NCBI GenBank assembly: GCA_043808015.1
Contig: JAZDFI010000039.1
Location: forward strand, 1-22,498
DNA: 22,498 bases
From: Candidatus Aenigmatarchaeota archaeon
GTDB lineage: Archaea; Aenigmatarchaeota; Aenigmatarchaeia; QMZP01; QMZT01
Direction: 5' to 3'
Part shown: piece by piece, positions 17,097 through 22,498 of the stretch
Position numbering within the stretch: position 1 is the first letter of the stretch
Layout of the letters: each line of letters begins with the position of its first letter
Notes under the pieces: model-generated
What the model was told of the DNA's origin: nothing
Database searches by the model: none
What the model saw: only the letters and a program-made list of their open reading frames with translations
Position numbers and translations under genes: made by a program

Positions 17097-17510
17097 ATGA
17101 CAATAGTTGGCTTGAGTCTGAATTCAGTCGAAGCGAGGAGGGACAGGGAACAGATGTCCGGCGCTGAGATAAAGGTCAATTCCGTGCCGAGGATAAACGA
17201 CATACGCGAGGTTTCAGTTCCGTCCCTTGGCAGCAAGAAGGTCCTGTCGATGGACTTCGAGTTCGTCACGACTTACGACCCGAAAGTCGGCGAAATCAAA
17301 ATCGGCGGAGACATTCTTTACCTCACGGATGACAACAAGGCTATGCTCAAACAGTGGGAGAAGGAGAAGAAAATCCCGGAGAAGCCGTCGCTCGAAATCC
17401 TTAACTACCTGTTCAGGAGATGCCTGATAAAGGTTTCGGTGATAGCCGAGGATTTGCAACTGCCTCCGCCGCTGCCGATGCCTACGGTCAAACCGAAGGC
17501 GGACAAGTAA
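17097..17510 (+). CDS. Conserved archaeal hypothetical protein, 137 aa
   Basis: Strong SD (GGAGGT) just upstream; beta-strand-rich N-terminal part, then helices and a C-terminal LQLPPPLPMP motif; T-rich tract after the stop. Confidence 0.85.
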   Translation: MTIVGLSLNSVEARRDREQMSGAEIKVNSVPRINDIREVSVPSLGSKKVLSMDFEFVTTYDPKVGEIKIGGDILYLTDDNKAMLKQWEKEKKIPEKPSLEILNYLFRRCLIKVSVIAEDLQLPPPLPMPTVKPKADK

Positions 17511-17540
17511 TTCCTTTTTTATTATCCTTTTACCATTTTT
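17511..17540 (+). terminator. Oligo-T archaeal terminator candidate
   Basis: TTCCTTTTTTATTATCCTTTTTACCATTTT directly follows the stop at 17510. Confidence 0.5.
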
Positions 17541-17588
17541 AATTATATCACAATTCAGGCTAGACATGGCCAGGTCAGGGTGGATTAC

Positions 17589-18152
17589 ATGGGCAGGGAG
17601 ATAGAGATAAAGTTCCCGGTGGACAGCGAGGAGAAGCTAGTCGCTCGTTTGCTCGCGCTCGGTGCGCAGAAGATGTCCGAGGGGCTGGAGCATAACATTG
17701 TTTTTGACAATGGCGACATACGCAAGCGCGGCATTCTTCTCCGCCTCCGCAAAACGCCCAGCGGGAAGAACGTCCTGACCATAAAGACCACCATAAGCAA
17801 GAAGGAGTTCAAGACGGCGAACGAGACCGAGATAGAGGTCAGCGACTTTGCCAAAGCCAAGGAAATCCTCGCTGGTCTAGGCTACGAGATATGGTGGATT
17901 TACGAGAAGGAGAAGACGCGCTACATTCTCGGCGGCACGGCCATCGACATCGATCGCCTGCCCTTCGGCAAGTTCATGGAAATCGAAGGCTCGGAAGTCG
18001 GCATTCGCAGCGCGATGGCCAAGCTCGGCCTCGATCCTAAAAAGGGCATAAAGGAAACGTATCTCGAGCTCTACCAGAAGCACTGCAAGGACAAGGGCAT
18101 AACAGAAATGGAAAACCTGGTGTTCTGGAAGAAAGCTAGACGAACTTTTTGA
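17589..18152 (+). CDS. CYTH-domain protein (class IV adenylate cyclase/triphosphatase-like)
   Basis: EIEIKF (ExExK) motif, LRLRK, LTIK, ETEIEV, YEKEK, FMEIEG. ATG 17589 is preferred over GTG 17580, which is part of a GGGTGG SD-like site. Confidence 0.9.
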   Translation: MGREIEIKFPVDSEEKLVARLLALGAQKMSEGLEHNIVFDNGDIRKRGILLRLRKTPSGKNVLTIKTTISKKEFKTANETEIEVSDFAKAKEILAGLGYEIWWIYEKEKTRYILGGTAIDIDRLPFGKFMEIEGSEVGIRSAMAKLGLDPKKGIKETYLELYQKHCKDKGITEMENLVFWKKARRTF

Positions 18153-18696
18153 TTGCTTTCAACAGCAGCGGGAATTGTTTGTAGCCGGTTTTCTCGTTGA
18201 AGTGGCCTGCGCCTTTTATCACTTTGAGATTTACGTCGAGTTTGCATGCGATCTCCTGTCCGCGGGCGACTGACAGGTATGGGTCGTCATTCCCGTGCCA
18301 GACCTCGAAATGCACGCAGTTCTTTTTTATCTTATTCCAGTCGAATCCGCTTTCGAAGAACGAGCGGTTTATGACGTCGAATTTTTCGTTGCCGACGCCG
18401 CCTATGAAAGACGAAATGAGAAAAGCCGCTTTTATCGGCTTGCCGAGCGACTCGATTTTTTTCAGGACGAATGCGCAGCTTATGCTGTGGCCGACAAGAA
18501 TTGTATCCGGCCCGATGTGTTTGTCGAGTTTCTCTAGAACTTTCAGCCAGTTGTCCAAGCTCTGGCCATTCGGAGTCGGAAACTGCGGCACGAAAACCTT
18601 GCATCCTGACTTTTCGAGCTCGCGGCCAAGCCACATGTACCAGTTTTCTTCGGGGTGGCCGTAAACGCCGTGGCAGATTATAACATTCGTTGTCAT
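18136..18696 (-). CDS. RBBP9/YdeN-family alpha/beta serine hydrolase, 186 aa
   Basis: IICHG...NWYMWL, nucleophile elbow GHSIS, HGNDDPY (Asp), GAGHFN (His). Overlaps the CYTH gene convergently by 17 bp. Confidence 0.9.
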   Translation of the reverse strand: MTTNVIICHGVYGHPEENWYMWLGRELEKSGCKVFVPQFPTPNGQSLDNWLKVLEKLDKHIGPDTILVGHSISCAFVLKKIESLGKPIKAAFLISSFIGGVGNEKFDVINRSFFESGFDWNKIKKNCVHFEVWHGNDDPYLSVARGQEIACKLDVNLKVIKGAGHFNEKTGYKQFPLLLKAIKKFV

Positions 18697-18721
18697 GAAC
18701 TCACAAAATATTCGCTTCGAC

Positions 18722-18937
18722 TCACTGCCTCTTGACCAGCCTGATGTCCTCGCCTGTGACCGTCTTTCTGCCTGCGTGCTTGGCGAACTTGACCGCGTCC
18801 TGGGCGATGCCGTCGGACATTCCCTCTATTACGATGGCGAACTCCTTCATCGCCGACTTCGAGACGCGCTTCGCTCCCGCGTCCTTGAGTATGCGCTCGA
18901 AAGGCGCAAGCGGCAATCGCTGTTTCTTTTCAGACAT
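18722..18937 (-). CDS. Archaeal histone (HMf-like), 71 aa
   Basis: LPLAPFERILKDAGAKRVS...AKHAGRKTVTGEDI; SD AGGAGG upstream. Confidence 0.96.
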   Translation of the reverse strand: MSEKKQRLPLAPFERILKDAGAKRVSKSAMKEFAIVIEGMSDGIAQDAVKFAKHAGRKTVTGEDIRLVKRQ

Positions 18938-19170
18938 TTCTATTCCTCCTTGAAAATGATGCGAAAGGGATTCTCTTTCTTTTATTTTTGTAAATAATCG
19001 TTTATAAACGTTGTTTGGCGCGAAATGGGACGGAAAAAACTTTTTTTAACGGTTTGCGCATGCGCGCACGCATAAAGAAACTAAAAAGGAGAAACGGGAG
19101 ACTTTATTTTTTTCAAAAGTTTATAAGGTAGTTTAAACAAAAGGTATAATTAAACCGTTGGAGGTAAAAC
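18938..19170. promoter_or_regulatory. Divergent promoter region between the histone and the small zinc-ribbon gene
   Basis: TTTATAAA at 19001-19008, CAAAAG-TTTATAAG (BRE-TATA) at about 19114-19127, GGAGG SD sites on both sides, A/T tracts and a central alternating purine-pyrimidine tract. Confidence 0.7.
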
Positions 19171-19311
19171 ATGTCACAGGCTTATTGCGTGAAATGCAGG
19201 AAAAAAGTGGAAATAAAAAACGAGCAGAGCGTAAAACTCAAGAATGGTAAACCAGCGAAGAAAGGACTCTGCCCGGACTGCGGCACAAAAGTTTTCAAGA
19301 TTGGCGGTTAA
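19171..19311 (+). CDS. Small basic zinc-ribbon protein (DUF5679-like), 46 aa; below the ORF-track cutoff
   Basis: MSQAYCVKCRKKVEIKNEQSVKLKNGKPAKKGLCPDCGTKVFKIGG has CxxC and CxxC motifs; GGAGGT SD at 19160-19165. Confidence 0.9.
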   Translation: MSQAYCVKCRKKVEIKNEQSVKLKNGKPAKKGLCPDCGTKVFKIGG

Positions 19312-19338
19312 ACTCGATTGTTGCATTGTTCGGACTGT

Positions 19339-20259
19339 TTATAATTCTTTTTCTTTTGGTTTTTGTTTCATGTCCAGATACCAGTCTATCATTTTCTTCA
19401 ATTCAGTGCTGAAATCGGCTTTCGGTTTGTAGCCGAGATGCTTCGCTTTCGTGATGTCGTAATTCCTGTTCATCGTGAGGACGTCGAGATAAGTTTTCAT
19501 TCCCTTGGCACGCGCGGCCATGCCGACGAGCCACGCAGGCATCAGCTTCGGACGGCCTCCGAGCAGCGTGACCAGTTCGCTGGCGAACTCGACAAACGGG
19601 ATTGGATTCTCGTCCGCGATGTTGTAAACGCCTTCGGCTCTCGGCTTGAGAGCTAGCGCGAATGCCTGCGCCACATTCGAGATATGTGCGACGTGCGTCA
19701 GGTTTCTGGTTTTCGGGATAGGAAATCCCTTTTCGAGAAGCGTCAGGTTCTTGAACCATTGCGGCGAGCCTGCGCCGTAAACGGGCGCTATTCTGAGCAC
19801 GACGTATTTCATTCCAGAATCTGCTATAAGCTTTTCTGCCTCGAGTTTCGACCAGCCGTACAGGTTCGCCGGCCGTGTCGGATAGTTCTCGCCGGCCGGA
19901 CCCTTGGAAGCGGGTATCTCGCCGTAGACTGAGACGCTGGACGCGAAAACGAACCTTTTCGCTTTTGGGCAGGCTTCTATTATGTTTTTGGTGCCCTCGA
20001 CGTTGATTTCGAAAAGCTCGTCCTTGGGCTTCGTGTAGGAAACGATCCCAGCCAGATGGATGATTGTATCGACGTTCTTGCCTATGCCCTTGAGCGACTG
20101 CGGCTGCGTGATGTCGCCTTTGACCACGTCGAACTGCGGATACATCGTTTTGGCGGCCTCGTAGTCGTTGCTGAGTATGCGCACGTCCTTGCGGGAGCTA
20201 GCGATTGCTCTCGTTACGCTGGAGCCCAGAAAACCCGTCGCACCCGTGACTAAAAGCAT
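19339..20259 (-). CDS. NAD-dependent epimerase/dehydratase (extended SDR), 306 aa
   Basis: MLLVTGATGFLG, IIHLAG, NVEGT, FVFASSVSVYG, YGWSK (YxxxK). Start revised from 20322 to ATG 20259. Confidence 0.92.
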   Translation of the reverse strand: MLLVTGATGFLGSSVTRAIASSRKDVRILSNDYEAAKTMYPQFDVVKGDITQPQSLKGIGKNVDTIIHLAGIVSYTKPKDELFEINVEGTKNIIEACPKAKRFVFASSVSVYGEIPASKGPAGENYPTRPANLYGWSKLEAEKLIADSGMKYVVLRIAPVYGAGSPQWFKNLTLLEKGFPIPKTRNLTHVAHISNVAQAFALALKPRAEGVYNIADENPIPFVEFASELVTLLGGRPKLMPAWLVGMAARAKGMKTYLDVLTMNRNYDITKAKHLGYKPKADFSTELKKMIDWYLDMKQKPKEKEL

Positions 20260-20289
20260 ATTTATATCTACAGTCGCCAATTTAAAACT
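20260..20289. promoter_or_regulatory. Interleaved divergent promoters, likely leaderless
   Basis: TTTATATC at 20261-20268 serves the + gene (ATG 20290). TTTTAAAT on the minus strand at 20280-20287 serves the - gene (ATG 20259). Confidence 0.6.
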
Positions 20290-21066
20290 ATGAAAATCGG
20301 CAAAGTAGAGACGTATCTGCACGAGGTCATTGAGAAGGACGGATCGGTCTTTTTCGGCCTCATAGACCCGATGGACGAGAAGAAGGAGAATCCGTTCAAA
20401 TTCGCCAAGGTTTTCGATGAAGCGGGCGCCGACGTCATACTCATAGGCGGTTCAATCGGGGCTGAAGGCGACCTTCTCAACAGCGTCGTGAAGAAGATAA
20501 AGGAGACCACGAACAAGCCGGTCGTTCTCTTCCCTGGCAACATCGGCGGCGTGACCAAATACGCGGACGCGCTTTACTTCATGAGTCTTTTGAATTCGAA
20601 CAACCCGTACTGGATAACCGGCGCTCAGGCGCTCGCCGCCCCGATGATAACCATGAACAGGATGGAAGCGATTCCCACTTCCTTGTTAATAGTCGAGCCC
20701 GGCGAGACGGTCGGCTGGATAGGCGAAGCGAAGCCCATCCCGTACCACAAGCCGGACATCGCTGTGGCGTATGCGCTCGCGGGCAAGCTGCTTGGACAAA
20801 GGCTTACGATTTTAGAACGCGGTTCCGGAGCGCCAGGACCATCGTCACCTGAGATGTTCCGTGCGGTCAAGCAGGCGGTAGGCCACCCGGTTATATGCGC
20901 GGGCTCTAGCAAGACGCTGGACGACATAAAGACGACGCTCATGGCAGGCGCTGACGGCATACACGTCGCTTCGCTGGTCCAGCACGCGCAGGATCCGCTG
21001 GCGACTGCGAAGAAGCTGGTCCAGTTCACCAAGGACGTGGGCAGGGAAAAGAAAGCCAAGGTCTAA
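20290..21066 (+). CDS. Geranylgeranylglyceryl phosphate synthase family protein (group II-like), 258 aa
   Basis: LIDP, ILIGGS, PVVLFPGN, ADALYFMSLLNSNNPYWITGAQ, GETVGWIGEAKPIP, LERGSGA. Confidence 0.9.
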   Translation: MKIGKVETYLHEVIEKDGSVFFGLIDPMDEKKENPFKFAKVFDEAGADVILIGGSIGAEGDLLNSVVKKIKETTNKPVVLFPGNIGGVTKYADALYFMSLLNSNNPYWITGAQALAAPMITMNRMEAIPTSLLIVEPGETVGWIGEAKPIPYHKPDIAVAYALAGKLLGQRLTILERGSGAPGPSSPEMFRAVKQAVGHPVICAGSSKTLDDIKTTLMAGADGIHVASLVQHAQDPLATAKKLVQFTKDVGREKKAKV

Positions 21067-21473
21067 TTGGTCGCCGCGCCTGATTTGATTTCTTTTTCAA
21101 CAATCATCCTTTTCGCGACTTCTGCCAGTATTTTTCCCATCAACTCGTCACTGGCCTGCTCAAAAATGGCGGCGCCGTACTCGTATTCCCAGTTTGCCAT
21201 CCTCTTGATGTTTTCAGCCGAGAACTCCGCTTCAGGCACGCCGTATTTTTTCAGCAGTTTTTCCATAACACGTATGCCCGCCACGGCCACGCTTTTCACC
21301 TTTTCTTCAGAAAAGCCGTATATGTTCATGGCCAGAACGTCGTTGAGATAGTTGTTCATTTTCATATAGCGTTCATAATCTCTCAAAGAAAAAGTTTTCC
21401 AGCAATCGTATAAATCGAAAATGCCGGACAAGCCCGTGTATTTTTCGTGCAATGGACTGTTGAACCGGCTCAT
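21063..21473 (-). CDS. Hypothetical protein, 136 aa
   Basis: Start revised from 21662 to ATG 21473 (MSRFNSPL...). It fills the gap between GGGPS and HAD, with a TATA-like CTTATAAA about 23 nt upstream overlapping the HAD stop codon. Confidence 0.7.
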   Translation of the reverse strand: MSRFNSPLHEKYTGLSGIFDLYDCWKTFSLRDYERYMKMNNYLNDVLAMNIYGFSEEKVKSVAVAGIRVMEKLLKKYGVPEAEFSAENIKRMANWEYEYGAAIFEQASDELMGKILAEVAKRMIVEKEIKSGAATN

Positions 21474-21496
21474 GATTAATTTTTGAATGGCGGATT

Positions 21497-22150
21497 TTAT
21501 AAGTAGCCGAGAATCTGGAAGGGGTTGTTGACGTAAAAGTCGGGATTGAATTTTTCCAGGCGCTCGCGCGCGTGGTAGCCATACGTGACTGCGATAAGCT
21601 TCGCGACCTTCGCCGCCCTGCCGGCGAGCATGTCGACCTCCATGTCGCCGATGAAGGCGCATTCATCGTGCTTCACGCCCAGCTTCTCCATCACCAGCAG
21701 TATCTGGGCTGGATCCGGTTTGAGCTTGTTTATGTCCTTGCCGCCTACTACCGCATCGACGTGATTCTCGAAGCCGAACTGCGCCAGCAACCGTCTGATT
21801 ATGAACTCGTGCGTGTTCGATGAGATGCCTATCTTATAACCGCGCTTTTTGAGCTCGGAAAGCACTTCTGACGCCCCATGGAACGGACGTATGTCCTTTT
21901 CCAGCTGCATGTACTGCCTTTTGTAAATATCGTTCGCCTTTTCAATCTCGTTTTCTGCGACGCCCATGGAGGCATAGAAGTTCCTGTAGTTGCCGTCGAG
22001 CGCTTCCGTGAACTCTTCCAGCGAGAACGGGAACTTCTTTTTCATCTCGGCCAGCACGACCCTGTAAATCGCGTATATAGTGCTCTTCGAGTCCGCTATC
22101 ACGCCGTCGAAGTCGAATATGACTGCCTTTATCCCATTTTTTTCTGGCAT
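21497..22150 (-). CDS. HAD-superfamily hydrolase (phosphoglycolate phosphatase-like), 217 aa
   Basis: IFDFDGVIADS (motif I), SSN (II), KPDP (III), FIGDMEVD (IV). Confidence 0.93.
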   Translation of the reverse strand: MPEKNGIKAVIFDFDGVIADSKSTIYAIYRVVLAEMKKKFPFSLEEFTEALDGNYRNFYASMGVAENEIEKANDIYKRQYMQLEKDIRPFHGASEVLSELKKRGYKIGISSNTHEFIIRRLLAQFGFENHVDAVVGGKDINKLKPDPAQILLVMEKLGVKHDECAFIGDMEVDMLAGRAAKVAKLIAVTYGYHARERLEKFNPDFYVNNPFQILGYL

Positions 22151-22202
22151 ATGTAGGTAAATGGGCGAGCGCTTTTAAATTTTAGCGGTAATTAAAATTC
22201 GA

Positions 22203-22498
22203 ATGATTTCGCGCGCAAGGCGGATTCTCATAGGCGGCATAGACGTCGGCCATCATACATCGATAGCGATTCTCGACTTGGCCGGCAACGTGCTTTTTCT
22301 GGACACTTTCGTCCATCCGCAGAATTCCGATGTTCTCGAATGCATCACCGAGCTGGGCAACGTTCTCGTCCTCTCGACGGATCGCGCGAAGCCGCCGTCA
22401 CAGGTCAGGAAAATCGCGGCTTCCATCGCCGCTAAGATGGTCCTGCCGGCGAAGAACATGACCAAGAAAAAGAAGCGCATATTAATCGAGGACCACGC
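22203..22498 (+). CDS. DUF460-family protein, N-terminal part (runs off the window); not in the ORF track
   Basis: MISRARRILIGGIDVGHHTSIAILDLAGNVLF...VLVLSTDRAKPPSQVRKIAASIAAKMVLP matches the GIDxG..AILDL.G / xTD..P.P..V.KIA pattern. A TTTTAAAT box lies at 22173-22180. Confidence 0.8.
   Translation, partial: MISRARRILIGGIDVGHHTSIAILDLAGNVLFLDTFVHPQNSDVLECITELGNVLVLSTDRAKPPSQVRKIAASIAAKMVLPAKNMTKKKKRILIEDH

Noticed and set aside
17589-18696. CYTH plus hydrolase as a cyclic-nucleotide defence system
   Set aside because: The genes are convergent, both are common housekeeping families, and no sensor or effector domain is evident.
19244-19432. 62-aa plus-strand ORF in the track
   Set aside because: It is out of frame with the 46-aa gene at 19171-19311, which has the SD and CxxC motifs, and it overlaps the epimerase 3' end.
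22253-22480. 75-aa minus-strand ORF
   Set aside because: It is antisense to the DUF460-family gene starting at 22203.
1-22498. tRNA, rRNA or CRISPR array
   Set aside because: Intergenic gaps are nearly all under 120 bp and AT-rich. I saw no cloverleaf, rRNA-like sequence or regularly spaced repeats.

Overview
This is an archaeal genomic window (aIF2-gamma, HMf-type histone, GGGP synthase, Rad50, DUF460, TATA-box promoters). The compact intergenic spacing and Cys-rich surface motifs suggest a DPANN-type lineage, but that is inference. The right half (11.2-22.5 kb) is mostly housekeeping: rad50, a membrane protein, a split RsmF/NOP2 m5C methyltransferase pair, aIF2-gamma, CYTH, an RBBP9/YdeN hydrolase, a histone divergent from an unlisted 46-aa CxxC/CxxC protein, an epimerase, a GGGP synthase with altered acceptor motifs, a HAD phosphatase and DUF460. 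The left half (1-11.2 kb, all minus strand) looks like a cellulosome-like cohesin-dockerin surface system. It has three ~1000-aa exported carbohydrate-active or carbohydrate-binding proteins with closely similar C-terminal dockerins, a membrane-anchored cohesin with a cytoplasmic N-terminal domain, a secreted cohesin+dockerin adaptor, and a further secreted Cys-rich protein cut by the window edge. All family assignments come from motif recognition by eye; no searches were run.
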